Shown piece by piece: positions 17,290-28,741 of a DNA stretch of 64,000 nt. The number at the start of each line of letters is the position of its first letter. Positions within the stretch are counted from its first letter, which is position 1. The notes below the pieces were generated by a model that saw nothing but the letters and a program-made list of their open reading frames with translations, ran no database searches and was not told the DNA's origin. A program made the position numbers and the translations under genes. Source of the stretch: a virus (Duplodnaviria; Heunggongvirae; Uroviricota; Caudoviricetes); IMG/VR virus record IMGVR_UViG_3300014205_000001, positions 32,001 through 96,000 of that record. One strand, written 5' to 3'.

Positions 17290-18963
17290 TTATGCTGAAA
17301 CTGTTAATGCTATATTTTTTGTTGTTGTATTGGAACCACTATCAACCATTACAAAACGTACTGTATAAGAACCTGTAGCAGTAATTGCACCAATTGGTGC
17401 ACTAACGTTATCTAAAAATATAACATCGCTTGTTAATACTGTCATTGGACCATCAATATCATCAATTACTGATACTATAAATCTTGAAATCGCATCTGCT
17501 TTAGAGAATGTACCTAAGTAAGAAGCTAATGATAATGTAGCTGTTAATGCAGGTAATGTAACATGACTTGTAAATTTAATTTCAGGTGCTGAGTTAACTC
17601 CTGTATCACCTGCATATAAAGTTAATGTTTGTACAGTTGTATTTGTATCACTATCTGTAACAGAGAATGTTACTGTATACGTACCTTCAGTTGTAATATT
17701 TGCAACAGTAGTTCCATAAATATTTTTAAAGACAACTGATACGGAACTTAAAGGAATGAAATTATCTTCATCATCTGTTACATTCAAGATCGCTAATACT
17801 TTAGCATCATTCGCTGTAAAATTATGTGAATAAGAAATAATATTAATTGGATTAATTACACCACTTACAACGTTTGGATTGAATACGAAAATTGGATTCG
17901 GATTAGTTGGAACAGTGGCTTGTGCGTCAATTGTCACAGTCTGAGTTACTACGTTATCAGCTAAATCACTAATTGCGATTACTGCTGTATAATCACCAGG
18001 TGCAGCAATAGTTACTAAATCTGTATTATTAATGTCTTTAAACGTAATATTGGCAGGGATTGCAACAATTACACCATCGCGAGCATCTGAGACAGATGCG
18101 ATTGCTTCAGTAATAAAATTAGCTTTTGTGAAATTTGAAGGGAAATCACTCATATCAATTGTAATTTCACCACCAGTAACATTACCTGTATAAGTTATAA
18201 CTGGTGCAGTTGTATCTACAGCTGTAGGCAATGCTCTTGTACTTGGGTCTAATAATACCCAATTGATTGCTGAAAGTGCTTGTAATGTATCATATTCAGA
18301 TATAAAATCTAATACTATATTGTTGTCACTAGCTTCATCGATGATGACACGATTTTGTCCAATCGGACGACTTACATTAATCACGTCAGCTATATCGACA
18401 GTAGTTACAAGTTCATCATCAGAATTAAAAAATGCAAAAATACCTGAAGCTACTTCATTAAAAGTATGTACATCATCGTATGTTAAACCATTTAAATAAA
18501 TAAATGCACCTGAATCGTTTAAATAATCGTTGCTTAATGCACCAATTAAAATATCCAAAGTTACTGTTGCATCAGGATTGGGATTATCAATTAAAATATT
18601 AGGAATTGGATTACTACTAGTTCCTGTAAACATTAACATAGAAGTAAAACTCCATTTTGCGTCAGCTGATGGTTGAAATTTCCATTTCAAATAATTTTTT
18701 GTTACGTCAGCTGAATTATAACTTGCGTATATTGCAATAAATGTTGTTTTGATTCCTAACATCGCTGATGATAGGATATAATTTGTCTGTCCCTTTGGTA
18801 AAACTACCTGAACACGTTGATATTGTTCATAAGGTACTTTAACTTGACATAACGCCATTGTTGATAAAGTATTTGCACCCGAAAACACTTTTAAATCGGT
18901 ACTTTGAAATCTGATATTCTTCAGAACGGGTTGAAAGATGGAATTTGATGAAAATATTGTCAT
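17290..18963 (-). CDS. Virion protein with tandem Ig-like (HYR/DUF5011-like) domains
   Basis: Three repeats DT.AP.I...V.D..DG...G.YTV.F.V.D...N. Confidence 0.7.
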   Translation of the reverse strand: MTIFSSNSIFQPVLKNIRFQSTDLKVFSGANTLSTMALCQVKVPYEQYQRVQVVLPKGQTNYILSSAMLGIKTTFIAIYASYNSADVTKNYLKWKFQPSADAKWSFTSMLMFTGTSSNPIPNILIDNPNPDATVTLDILIGALSNDYLNDSGAFIYLNGLTYDDVHTFNEVASGIFAFFNSDDELVTTVDIADVINVSRPIGQNRVIIDEASDNNIVLDFISEYDTLQALSAINWVLLDPSTRALPTAVDTTAPVITYTGNVTGGEITIDMSDFPSNFTKANFITEAIASVSDARDGVIVAIPANITFKDINNTDLVTIAAPGDYTAVIAISDLADNVVTQTVTIDAQATVPTNPNPIFVFNPNVVSGVINPINIISYSHNFTANDAKVLAILNVTDDEDNFIPLSSVSVVFKNIYGTTVANITTEGTYTVTFSVTDSDTNTTVQTLTLYAGDTGVNSAPEIKFTSHVTLPALTATLSLASYLGTFSKADAISRFIVSVIDDIDGPMTVLTSDVIFLDNVSAPIGAITATGSYTVRFVMVDSGSNTTTKNIALTVSA

Positions 18964-19035
18964 ATTTTATATATTATAAATCAATGATAGCTAACCTAAA
19001 TATTTTAATATATACTATAAATACAAATTTTTGAT

Positions 19036-19569
19036 ATGAAAAATGTCACTGAGACTACTGTAAATTATACAAGCAGTTTAAAAACAAATACTTCTGTTGA
19101 AGAAATTTCTAATGTTAAATTTAAATATGACATTAAATGTTTTGATGCTGAAGGTAATTTAAAATGGGAAGAACAAATTCACAATTTAGTTACAACAGTA
19201 GGAAAAAACGATTTAATCGATAAATATTTCAAGGGTAGTGCTTATACTGCGACTTGGTTTTTAGGATTAAAAGGTACAGGAACTGCTGTCGTTGGTGATA
19301 CTTTAGCATCTCATGGTGGATGGGCAGAAGTTAATCCGTACGCTGGTAACAGACCTGCAATTACTTTTGGTACAACATCAGCTGGGAGCAATACAGCAAC
19401 TTTAATTAGTTACACAATCAATGGTTCTGCAACTTGTGCAGGTGCGTTTATTTGTTCTGTAAATACTGGTACATCTGGTATTTTATATTCAGCAGCTGAT
19501 TTTTCTGTTTCTCGTGCAGTTATCAGTGGTGATACTTTACAAGTAACACCAACTGTAACAATGACATAA
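19036..19569 (+). CDS. Putative tail/baseplate structural protein
   Basis: WEE.IHNLVTTVGKN...GILYSAADF...V.SGDTLQVT pattern; TAATATATA upstream. Confidence 0.6.
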   Translation: MKNVTETTVNYTSSLKTNTSVEEISNVKFKYDIKCFDAEGNLKWEEQIHNLVTTVGKNDLIDKYFKGSAYTATWFLGLKGTGTAVVGDTLASHGGWAEVNPYAGNRPAITFGTTSAGSNTATLISYTINGSATCAGAFICSVNTGTSGILYSAADFSVSRAVISGDTLQVTPTVTMT

Positions 19570-19591
19570 TTTTAATTTTTAAAACAATACT

Positions 19592-21739
19592 ATGCGTAGA
19601 TCAATTGAACAACTTGTCACAACCCCGTCGACATTAAATTATTTAAATGAAAGTGCTTATGATTCTACTAAATGGAATTTAGGAAGAGGAATAGTATATA
19701 ATAATGGTGGAACAGCTATTGATAAATATGTCGCACCTCATTTTGATGCTATTCGTCCTATGGAAGAAAGTACAGCCTTTCCTGTAGTTTATGCATTTCC
19801 TTATAATTTTTCATCTACAACAACATATCTATTTGGTGTTGAAAATAATACAACTGCTGCTGCAACTCGTCGTGTTCATTTATGGACAGTAAATCGCAAA
19901 ACAGGAGCTCGATCATGGAACGGCTATATTACACTTACTTTAGGTTCGGCAACTGCACATACTGTTAGAGATTTTAAAATAGATGTAAAGAATGAAGCTG
20001 TAGGTACTGTTGCTGTTTCAGGTACTGCTGTAACTGGTACATCTACACAATTTGCAACTAATCGTGTTGCTGTTGGTGCAAGAATTGGTTTTGGTTCTAC
20101 AGACCCAACACAAATATCTACATGGTATCGTATTTCGGCTCGTGCATCTGATACAGGAATTACTTTAGGTTCCAGTGCAGGTACAATTGGTGCAGGTACG
20201 CCTTACGTGATTCAAGAATTTCGTCCTATTTATATTGCAACAAATGCAACAGGTACAAATGGAGGCGTACATTACGCAAAAGGTATTTCAATTGAAGATT
20301 TTGTAGGTGGTGCTGGAACAACGATTTCTTTAGCAGTTGCGACAGATGATCTTAAAGCAGTATACTGGTTAAAAGATGCTTCAACTGTATTAAATATTAC
20401 TGCTGCTGGTGCAGCTTGTGATTTTGCCGCTGCAACTCCTACAACGTTGACAACTTACGTTTTAGATTTAGTATCAGCAGGTAACTATAAAATATTCACA
20501 TATAATTTACGTGCAGCATTAACTGTTGCATCAGGTATAACTACTAGTGCATTTGTTCTGGCAACTGGTAATCAAGCCTTTACGGGTACAGGTTCACAAA
20601 ATAGCAATTTAGCAATTGGTACTGCAGGTCATGGTACAGGAAACGGTGTGAAATCAGTTTACTTTGTAAGTACAACTCGTGTAATGCGTGCAGCTGTTTC
20701 ATTAATAACAAATGGTTCAACAACTTGGAGAAGTGATGAAATTATTGAAATTACGCCAGGTGGCGCTTCAACTTATGCTGTGACAGGTGCATTATCCACT
20801 ATTGAATATATGAGTAGCAACGATACATTTATAATTGGAAGTACACATTCTGGAGGTAACTTTTCTTATGTGACTCAATATGTCGCTTCAGGTGCTCAAT
20901 TTGGTCGAATGTTTGGACGTGATTTTAAATATTTAGAACAATCTTTAAAAGACAATAACGCTCCTACAATATTTTCTAATCAAACTACTGTATGTGCTTA
21001 TGTTGATGCGGGTGGAAATTCTTTATATGTTGTAAAACAAGGTACAACTATTACAACTAATCATATCTATATTATGGCTTTTGGTGCTGATATGGATTAC
21101 GCAGCTACAACTCAAGGTCGTTTAATTTCACCTGAAATTCTTACTCCTAATGCACTTAAATATTATAGAGGTTTTGCAAATCATATTTGTTATTTAGGTA
21201 ATAATTCATTAGGTAAAACTTTAGAAACATATCGTATATATGCAAGAACTGCAAATATTACAACTGATGATACTACAGGTTGGACATTAATTGATGCTGC
21301 AAATGATTTATCAGCATTTGCGGGTGCAGCTTCAATTCAATTCGCAATTGAATTTAAAACAATAGGTGAAGTTTGTACACCATCCCGTATTTTAGGACTT
21401 AACTTAGAATATGAAGATAACACAACTGCAAGTCAATATGCATTATCAGTAGGTAAATCAGATTTAGCTAATAAACGATTTGCATTCTGGTTTAAAACAG
21501 CATTTGGTGGCACTGTTCCTAATTTACGTATATCATTATATAATGCTGCAACAGGTGGTTTATTAGTAACTGATACGTCAGCAGCTGCTGCAAATGGTAC
21601 TTGGGAAAAAACAACTGATGGTTCTTCATGGTCAGCATATAATACAACTGATCGTGGTAATGCAACAACTTGGATTCGGTTTACACCTACAAGTATTGCA
21701 GATAACATTCAAGTTGAAGCATATTTAACTCTTGCATAA
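19592..21739 (+). CDS. Large Gly/Thr/Ala-rich virion (tail fibre-type) protein
   Basis: 715 aa; GTVAVSGTAVTGTSTQF motif typical of fibre/spike N-terminal regions. Confidence 0.6.
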   Translation: MRRSIEQLVTTPSTLNYLNESAYDSTKWNLGRGIVYNNGGTAIDKYVAPHFDAIRPMEESTAFPVVYAFPYNFSSTTTYLFGVENNTTAAATRRVHLWTVNRKTGARSWNGYITLTLGSATAHTVRDFKIDVKNEAVGTVAVSGTAVTGTSTQFATNRVAVGARIGFGSTDPTQISTWYRISARASDTGITLGSSAGTIGAGTPYVIQEFRPIYIATNATGTNGGVHYAKGISIEDFVGGAGTTISLAVATDDLKAVYWLKDASTVLNITAAGAACDFAAATPTTLTTYVLDLVSAGNYKIFTYNLRAALTVASGITTSAFVLATGNQAFTGTGSQNSNLAIGTAGHGTGNGVKSVYFVSTTRVMRAAVSLITNGSTTWRSDEIIEITPGGASTYAVTGALSTIEYMSSNDTFIIGSTHSGGNFSYVTQYVASGAQFGRMFGRDFKYLEQSLKDNNAPTIFSNQTTVCAYVDAGGNSLYVVKQGTTITTNHIYIMAFGADMDYAATTQGRLISPEILTPNALKYYRGFANHICYLGNNSLGKTLETYRIYARTANITTDDTTGWTLIDAANDLSAFAGAASIQFAIEFKTIGEVCTPSRILGLNLEYEDNTTASQYALSVGKSDLANKRFAFWFKTAFGGTVPNLRISLYNAATGGLLVTDTSAAAANGTWEKTTDGSSWSAYNTTDRGNATTWIRFTPTSIADNIQVEAYLTLA

Positions 21740-21900
21740 TGCCAATTGATGATATTGTAGGACATCCTACAGAACCTGGAGAAGGACAAATACAAAGAGG
21801 TAACATCGGTACAGTAACTGATGTTGTAGCAACACAACTAAATACTGAAGAACTGGGTAGTAAACAATTACCTAAACCCACATTACTTATCGCATTATAA
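21739..21900 (+). CDS. Small hypothetical protein (53 aa, MPIDDIVGHP...)
   Basis: Read manually; TAATG-coupled and fills the gap. Confidence 0.6.
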   Translation: MPIDDIVGHPTEPGEGQIQRGNIGTVTDVVATQLNTEELGSKQLPKPTLLIAL

Positions 21901-21901
21901 T

Positions 21902-22213
21902 ATGGCAGCACCCTATAATCCACCTAACAAAAATCAAGACTTTCTAATACGTATCGCATTGGAAGATTTCACTAATCCAGGTAGTTTTAAAGCTAATCCT
22001 ACAATTGCTGCTGGTGATTTTAAAGTTACAATTGATGGTGCAGCATTGACAAATTTATCTACATTACCTTCAGTAAGTCCTGCCGGTTCAATTTTAGTAC
22101 TATTAACTTTAAGTGCTGCTGAAATGAATGGTGACGTTATTACAATCGTAGGTATTGATCAAACTTCTCCTAAAGAATGGAGTGATTTCGTTATCAGTAT
22201 TCCAACAACTTAA
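21902..22213 (+). CDS. Putative virion protein
   Basis: 103-aa ORF within the structural operon. Confidence 0.65.
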   Translation: MAAPYNPPNKNQDFLIRIALEDFTNPGSFKANPTIAAGDFKVTIDGAALTNLSTLPSVSPAGSILVLLTLSAAEMNGDVITIVGIDQTSPKEWSDFVISIPTT

Positions 22214-22255
22214 TCGTATTAATTTGGATATTGTATAATATATAATATATCCAAC

Positions 22256-24238
22256 ATGGCGTACATTAAGATACTTTTTAAACAAGGCTCAACATCTTCC
22301 TTCACAACTTATTCTGAAACTATTACAGAATCAGTTGCAACCTCTGATGCAGTATCTTCATCAGCAACATTAATTAATACTTTAGCTGAAACTGTAGCAT
22401 TAACAGATTCAAATGCTAGCACAGTAGTATATCCTAATATTATCAACGAATCAGTTACTTTAAGTGATTCTGAAACATGTAACCTTATATTACCTAATAC
22501 TTTACTTGCTACTGTTACAGTAACTGATTCACATGCAAGTATTGGAACCTTGAATAATATCTTAACAGAATCTGTTGTGACAAGTGATTCTGAATTATCA
22601 GTTGCAACGTTTGTTAATACTTTAAATCAATCTGTCGCAACAACAGATTCTCATGTAAATACTGCTATTTTTCCGAATACTTTAAATCAATCTGTTGCTG
22701 TAACTGATTCATTAATAGGTAACAAAATTACATCTGATTTGTTTACTGAAACTGTAAATCTTACACATTCATTTACTAGTATCATTACTTCAATCAATAC
22801 ATTGTTAGAAAGTGTGTCGGTTACTGATTCACTTAACAGTCTTAGTATTTTATCTAACTTATTAAACGAAACTGTATCTTTAACTGATACATTATTACAT
22901 AATCATGTATTAAATAATTTATTACAAGAAACTATAACTACATCTGAATTTTTAAATATAGGTACAATTATTAATTCATCTTTAACTGAAACAATTACTG
23001 CTACTGATAATCAAAATAGCGTACTAATTTCAAATACGATTTATGACGAATATATTACGGAAACAGTAAATACTTCACACTCGTTTACTTCATCGACAAT
23101 ATTCAATAATACAATAAGTGAAACAATTAATAATACTGATACTGTCACAGGAACATCTACAATGAACAACGCTGTAGTCGAAAATGTCAATGTGTCTGAT
23201 TCATTCCAACATAATACTATATTATCAAATGTTATTTTAGAAAACTTATCATTGTCTACTAATTTTTTATCTACTATATTATTTAACTTAACGATTAATG
23301 AAACAACATCGTTATCTGATAGTTACATAAATACGAATACAGTTGCTGCAGTTATTGTAGAAAACGTTAATGTAAGTGAAACAGTTAATTCATCTGTAAT
23401 TTTTTCTAATACAATAAGTGAATCAACGTTACTTACATCAAATTGTACTTATTTAATTGTTTTAGAAGAATTTATTAATGAAACATTGAATGCAACTGAT
23501 TCTTTAAATTCAATTGCGACATATAACAATTTAATGAATTATGCAACATCGTTATCAGATGTTGTAAATCCTGGTTTATTATATCGTTATCGTATGCATG
23601 AAATAATTTATCCTACGTCTAAATTTAAACCAGGAGTAATATCAAACAGAAGTATTACAGAATATGTATTACCTACACATTCAAATAAAACAATGAACAA
23701 TGTTTATTCTGAAACTATTACAAGTTCTGTTTCAGCAACAGATAGTATAGTAGGAGGTAAATTATATCAAAATGATATTCATGAATATATGCTTCCAAAT
23801 CATTCATTTACTTCTAAATTTACTTTACCAAATACTAAAATGAATACAATTGTAACAATGAATGATAGTGATAATATAAATTTATCACTTAAATTCAGTA
23901 TAATTAATTGTAGTTTAAATAAACATTATCAATCTGTAATAATTCAACATAATCAACCTTTGATAAACATATCCATATTAACCGAATTTACTGAAAACAT
24001 TAATCAAAATTCAGCAAATTATTTAAAAAGTGAATATAGATGGTCATTTGATTTAATTACATGGTCAAAATTTGTACCCACGTTTAAAGACATGCGTAAT
24101 TTTCCTAAAGTGAATTTAGGTAAAAAAATATGGTTGCAAATTAGATATACTGCTGTAATTTCTAGTACTCAGCCCTATTCAATTAAATTAAATGAAATAA
24201 ACATTAAAGGGATTCGTAAAGCAATCTCTAATATATAA
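22256..24238 (+). CDS. Repeat-rich virion protein (~19-aa 'ETV.LTDS' repeats)
   Basis: Over 20 imperfect repeats such as NTLAETVALTDS, NILTESVVTSDS, NTLNQSVAVTDS. Confidence 0.7.
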   Translation: MAYIKILFKQGSTSSFTTYSETITESVATSDAVSSSATLINTLAETVALTDSNASTVVYPNIINESVTLSDSETCNLILPNTLLATVTVTDSHASIGTLNNILTESVVTSDSELSVATFVNTLNQSVATTDSHVNTAIFPNTLNQSVAVTDSLIGNKITSDLFTETVNLTHSFTSIITSINTLLESVSVTDSLNSLSILSNLLNETVSLTDTLLHNHVLNNLLQETITTSEFLNIGTIINSSLTETITATDNQNSVLISNTIYDEYITETVNTSHSFTSSTIFNNTISETINNTDTVTGTSTMNNAVVENVNVSDSFQHNTILSNVILENLSLSTNFLSTILFNLTINETTSLSDSYINTNTVAAVIVENVNVSETVNSSVIFSNTISESTLLTSNCTYLIVLEEFINETLNATDSLNSIATYNNLMNYATSLSDVVNPGLLYRYRMHEIIYPTSKFKPGVISNRSITEYVLPTHSNKTMNNVYSETITSSVSATDSIVGGKLYQNDIHEYMLPNHSFTSKFTLPNTKMNTIVTMNDSDNINLSLKFSIINCSLNKHYQSVIIQHNQPLINISILTEFTENINQNSANYLKSEYRWSFDLITWSKFVPTFKDMRNFPKVNLGKKIWLQIRYTAVISSTQPYSIKLNEINIKGIRKAISNI

Positions 24239-24241
24239 ACT

Positions 24242-26104
24242 ATGCCAGATTTCCCAATACTAATCTTACCTGATCCGCAAATATATACCAATGCTGATAC
24301 TTATAAAGTATTTGCAATGCATGATTTTGAAGTAAATTTAGCTGTGGGTGATGCTGCGAATTTAGAAATATTATTTCGTTATACTCAAACTCAAGGTCGT
24401 TCATGGTCACCTTGGACAATAATGACTGCAGCTAATTTACAAAAAGCTAAATTTGATCGAATGAAATTCGTGAATTTTGAATTTAGTTTTAAAAATTTAC
24501 AAACAGCAGAATTACGTTTAAACGATTTAAACTTAATAGGTGAATTTATTAATGTATCTGCTAATTATCAAACAACTGCCAAATTTGGTTTAAAGACTCA
24601 ATGTCACCCAGGTGAAGAATGTCAAACATGTAAAGATGGTAGTTGCGAAGAATGTCAAAATATCAATCCTATCATTACACCTTGGAGTGAATTAGGTCAA
24701 GGAGATAATTGTAGCAGTGGTAAATGTGATGGTAGTAAATTTGTCAACTTAAACGATCCGAATTTATGGATGCGTCAAATTAATACTTACAACGAATTAA
24801 ATAAATTTATCAATGCAGCAAATTCATGGAAAGTCACTTATTATTTAACTGACCCTGATGGTAAAGGTATTGATCATGTAATGCATGAACAAACATTACA
24901 CAATTATATTGTACATAAAGATATTCAAATCATTGTACCTAATAATCAATTCCCAGTAGAAAATGTTAACTTTACGAATTTGGATTTCGATTTAATTCAA
25001 ACATTTGAAGTTCATATCTTAAAAGATGATTTCAAAAAATTATTTGGAGTTGAGTTTCGTCCTAGTAAAAAAGATGTTCTGTACATGTGTGCATTGAATC
25101 AACTGTGGGAAATTGAACAGATGTTACCTCATCGTGGTTTTATGTTAGCTGAAGTTTATTGGAGAGTTATCTTGAAAAAATTCAGCGATCGCAAAGGTCG
25201 TACTGCTGCAAATACATCTGCAGGTCAAGCTGCTAAAGATTCAATTGATGCTTTAATTAAATATGCATCATTAGATTCCTTGTTTGAAATTGATGTGAAA
25301 AATGATATTAAAAAAGGTACAAAAGATATTTTAACTGCTCCGGGTACAACTCAACAATATACACCGACAAGTGAAATGAAAATACGTAGTAATATGACAA
25401 AAAATAGTATCATTACATCTGATCCGATTCAAAATTCTTCATTACTGGTTTCTAAATCATGTTATCAAATAGCTATTAAGAGTAAAGATGTTCATACTGT
25501 AGAATATATACCTACTGATCGTCGTTTAGGTTTAGCTGATAACAGAGCAATTTCATTCTGGTTTAAAACTACTGACTTCAATCCTGATTGGGATTATACA
25601 ATATTTAATAACTACGACTCAGCTAATAGTTTAGGTTACATGATACATATCGTAAATAACACGTTGTTGTTTACATTGAACGATAATACATTTACTTTAC
25701 CTTTACCAGGTTTTGAAGCAAATATCTGGTATGCATTCTTAATTAATGTCGATCAAGTACAACGTAACGTGGAATTGGCTGTCTATAAACGTCAAGCTGA
25801 AGATGGTTCTACATTATCTAATTCTCAATTAGTATTGTTCAATAAGTTAATCATTCCATGTACACCTGATGAATTTATCCATACTCAAAATATGTACATT
25901 GGTGGCTGTAATACACAAGTTAGTCAAGGTAATAGAAACTACTGGATGATCACAAATATTAGAATTTATACTGCTTTAGTACCTGTGAATGCTACTCAAC
26001 GTCAAAATGCTTTAAATGAAAATGTTGTTACTGATTCACAATTTACATTACTTGTAGATAATGCAGAAGAACAATTAATTCTGCCAAAATATGGAAATTT
26101 ATAA
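24242..26104 (+). CDS. Virion protein with C-terminal LamG/concanavalin-like domain
   Basis: ISFWFK...WYAFLINVD...MYIGG...ITNIRIY; Cys-rich linker; TAATATATA upstream. Confidence 0.6.
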   Translation: MPDFPILILPDPQIYTNADTYKVFAMHDFEVNLAVGDAANLEILFRYTQTQGRSWSPWTIMTAANLQKAKFDRMKFVNFEFSFKNLQTAELRLNDLNLIGEFINVSANYQTTAKFGLKTQCHPGEECQTCKDGSCEECQNINPIITPWSELGQGDNCSSGKCDGSKFVNLNDPNLWMRQINTYNELNKFINAANSWKVTYYLTDPDGKGIDHVMHEQTLHNYIVHKDIQIIVPNNQFPVENVNFTNLDFDLIQTFEVHILKDDFKKLFGVEFRPSKKDVLYMCALNQLWEIEQMLPHRGFMLAEVYWRVILKKFSDRKGRTAANTSAGQAAKDSIDALIKYASLDSLFEIDVKNDIKKGTKDILTAPGTTQQYTPTSEMKIRSNMTKNSIITSDPIQNSSLLVSKSCYQIAIKSKDVHTVEYIPTDRRLGLADNRAISFWFKTTDFNPDWDYTIFNNYDSANSLGYMIHIVNNTLLFTLNDNTFTLPLPGFEANIWYAFLINVDQVQRNVELAVYKRQAEDGSTLSNSQLVLFNKLIIPCTPDEFIHTQNMYIGGCNTQVSQGNRNYWMITNIRIYTALVPVNATQRQNALNENVVTDSQFTLLVDNAEEQLILPKYGNL

Positions 26105-26114
26105 TATATAAACT

Positions 26115-27518
26115 ATGATAACAAAACTAAAATTTTTAAAACATTTATTTGATAATGTATGGGATGGAAATTATATTTCTTTTTATAAAAAACCTATTGC
26201 TTCAAGTCTTGATACAAAATCATTAAAATATAAAATTTCGACTAATAATGACTTAAATCATGGTGACGAAATTTCAACAAAATCTAATATTAGAATTATA
26301 TCAACCGTTGAATCTGAAGTTGATTCATTGTACATTAATGGTATTGCACCAATTAGAAGTATACCTTTCAATAAAATTATTGATTTGTTTTCTTTTGGGG
26401 ATTTATTTTATGATGATTTTTCACCTACTATAGGTACTTATACTGATGCAGGTACTTCAACACATGATATAACATCTGGAAATTTAGCTGTGGGTGGAGG
26501 TAATGGTTTTCCTACTAATACAATTAGTATTTCTGAAGTTATTTGGTCAGGAAACAATTGGTATTTCGAAACAGAATATGAACACACAGCTACTTCTTTA
26601 AATGAAACTGGTGTATGGTTTGCATTACGTTCAGTAAATCCTGCTCAAGGTGAAAACATATTTTTCGGTTTGTATTTTTTTGAAGTTGCAAATCAAGTTA
26701 ATGTTGACATATTTGGTACTAATCCTTTACAAGGTCAAATAGCTAGAAGTAGTGGCAAATTAACCGTGACAGGAAATCAAAGAGTTAGATTACGTGCTGA
26801 ATTTGTAGAAACTACATTAACTGTTACTGCTACTAATTTAGTAACTTCATTATCACAATCAGTTAGCTTTACATACAATTATACAATTGTTGGTGCTTCT
26901 AATATTAAACCGAACATTGGACAATTACAAATTCTTCCGTCTGCAAATATATGTAATATCAAATATTTGAAATTTGGTACTGAATATTTTAAGGGAGTAG
27001 AAGTTTTATACATTGGGGATTCAATCACTTCAGGATATTTTTCAGGAGCAGAATCAAATAGATTCCAAAATTTATTTGCTGTACAAACTAATAAAAGTGT
27101 CGCAACATTTGCAGGTGCTGGAGATAGAAGTTTAGAATTTATTAATAATACTCATTTAAATTTATTATTACAATTAGAACCTAAAAAAGTTCATATTTTA
27201 TTAGGAACAAACGATATCGCAAATGCTTTAGGTGCAGGTCCAACTACAACACGTTTACAGACTATTATTACTGCATTTTTAAATATTGGTACACAAGTAT
27301 ATATTGGTACAATTTTACCTCGTAATGGTATAGATTTATTAACAATCAATTCTAATATTAGAGGTTTTAGTAACGTAACTGTAATTGAATATTACAACAC
27401 GATGGAATCATCTCCTGGAAGTGGAAATATTAATCCTCTATATAGTGATGATGATATTCACCCAAATCCTATAGGTAACATTTTTATGAAAAATTTACAA
27501 ATAGCTGCTGGCTTATAA
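26115..27518 (+). CDS. SGNH/GDSL esterase with conserved N-terminal module
   Basis: IGDSIT, GTND, DDIHPN catalytic blocks. Confidence 0.85.
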   Translation: MITKLKFLKHLFDNVWDGNYISFYKKPIASSLDTKSLKYKISTNNDLNHGDEISTKSNIRIISTVESEVDSLYINGIAPIRSIPFNKIIDLFSFGDLFYDDFSPTIGTYTDAGTSTHDITSGNLAVGGGNGFPTNTISISEVIWSGNNWYFETEYEHTATSLNETGVWFALRSVNPAQGENIFFGLYFFEVANQVNVDIFGTNPLQGQIARSSGKLTVTGNQRVRLRAEFVETTLTVTATNLVTSLSQSVSFTYNYTIVGASNIKPNIGQLQILPSANICNIKYLKFGTEYFKGVEVLYIGDSITSGYFSGAESNRFQNLFAVQTNKSVATFAGAGDRSLEFINNTHLNLLLQLEPKKVHILLGTNDIANALGAGPTTTRLQTIITAFLNIGTQVYIGTILPRNGIDLLTINSNIRGFSNVTVIEYYNTMESSPGSGNINPLYSDDDIHPNPIGNIFMKNLQIAAGL

Positions 27519-27541
27519 AACAACAAATAACTATGAAGTAA

Positions 27542-28030
27542 ATGATTTTAACTCTACTGATTATATCAATTCTATTTTTCTTTGTTATCCGTTTATTGGA
27601 TGCAATGAAATCAGGTTGTTTCTATGCTGCATCTCGCCAAGATAAACCACCCTTACTTAAAAAGTATATGAACAATATACATTTCTTACAGACGCCTATC
27701 TGGTACTGTGTCTTTGGTGTCTTTGGAATTTTATTGTTTACAATATTTTACTTAATGAACCCAGCTGCAATCATCTTAAATTTAATTTCTGCTTATTTAA
27801 TCAGTCAAGGTACTTCCACAATGTGTGGTGCTTTATATCAAGGTTTCATTAATGTAGGTTGTGGTCTACCTTTTATAGATGAAAATGAAAATCGTAAAAT
27901 GGAATTAGCATTTCCATTCATTAAGAAGACTTTCTGGATTAAAAGATTTTGGTACGGCAAACGTAGAATTTATTTAGCCTTTGTAGGTTTAGTAATTATA
28001 GTAATAGGTTTACTTTTACAATTTAATTAG
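27542..28030 (+). CDS. Membrane protein
   Basis: 3-4 hydrophobic helices. Confidence 0.65.
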   Translation: MILTLLIISILFFFVIRLLDAMKSGCFYAASRQDKPPLLKKYMNNIHFLQTPIWYCVFGVFGILLFTIFYLMNPAAIILNLISAYLISQGTSTMCGALYQGFINVGCGLPFIDENENRKMELAFPFIKKTFWIKRFWYGKRRIYLAFVGLVIIVIGLLLQFN

Positions 28031-28553
28031 GCTGAGGACTAACTATTGTATTGATTATTTTTGCTTGATTTTCTGGCTGGAGTAAAATATAAATTTCAAT
28101 TTCGTAAGGACCTACTGCATCCAAACTATTAATAGAATCATAACCTTCGTTCAATAACTGTTTTCTTACTTCAGGTACATATACCCAATCATTTAAATTG
28201 TCACCATAATACGGACTATGTGCACGAATGTACTCCATATCTTTTTCAGATACATTCCATCCACCATTTGGATGTGTTTCAATTGTAATATCTAAACCTG
28301 CACGACGAATCAATTCAACAAATGCTAATGAATTTTCTTTATTAAACATTTTATAAGGATTGTTAACTTTAAATTCAATTTCATATAAATTGCCACCATT
28401 AGCATCTTTATGATGATATGCAAAATCTAATGCTTCATCTTTATCTAAACTTATAAATAAAGGTCCACGTAAAGGACCTTCAATTAAACCACCATGATAA
28501 CCAATAAGTGAATTATTAATAGATTGACGATATTCGTTAAGTGTTGTAATCAT
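28023..28553 (-). CDS. ADP-ribosyltransferase-fold protein with MITTLNEYR leader
   Basis: GYHGG...LFIS.D...A.DFA...GNLYEIEFKVNNP...GYDSI (ART-PolyVal-like); start at ATG 28553. Confidence 0.55.
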   Translation of the reverse strand: MITTLNEYRQSINNSLIGYHGGLIEGPLRGPLFISLDKDEALDFAYHHKDANGGNLYEIEFKVNNPYKMFNKENSLAFVELIRRAGLDITIETHPNGGWNVSEKDMEYIRAHSPYYGDNLNDWVYVPEVRKQLLNEGYDSINSLDAVGPYEIEIYILLQPENQAKIINTIVSPQPN

Positions 28554-28741
28554 TATTTTGAACCACAAGTATGTGGAAAACTTTTTCTGGATTTAACTCC
28601 ATGTTTCTTATTACTACAAGCTCTGCAGTAATTTTTCTTTGATTCAGTACCAAATACTGCAGCATGTACAATCACTTCAGATGCAGTCATAATGTAATCA
28701 TACAATAATTGTTCGTTCGGCGTCATTGGTTTTAATTCCAT
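28553..28741 (-). CDS. Small Cys/His-containing protein
   Basis: CxxC...HTC; coupled on both sides. Confidence 0.55.
   Translation of the reverse strand: MELKPMTPNEQLLYDYIMTASEVIVHAAVFGTESKKNYCRACSNKKHGVKSRKSFPHTCGSK

Noticed and set aside
22256-24238. Periodic sequence as a possible CRISPR array or DNA tandem repeat
   Set aside because: The repeats are degenerate protein-level repeats within one ORF; there are no identical DNA repeats with spacers and no cas genes.
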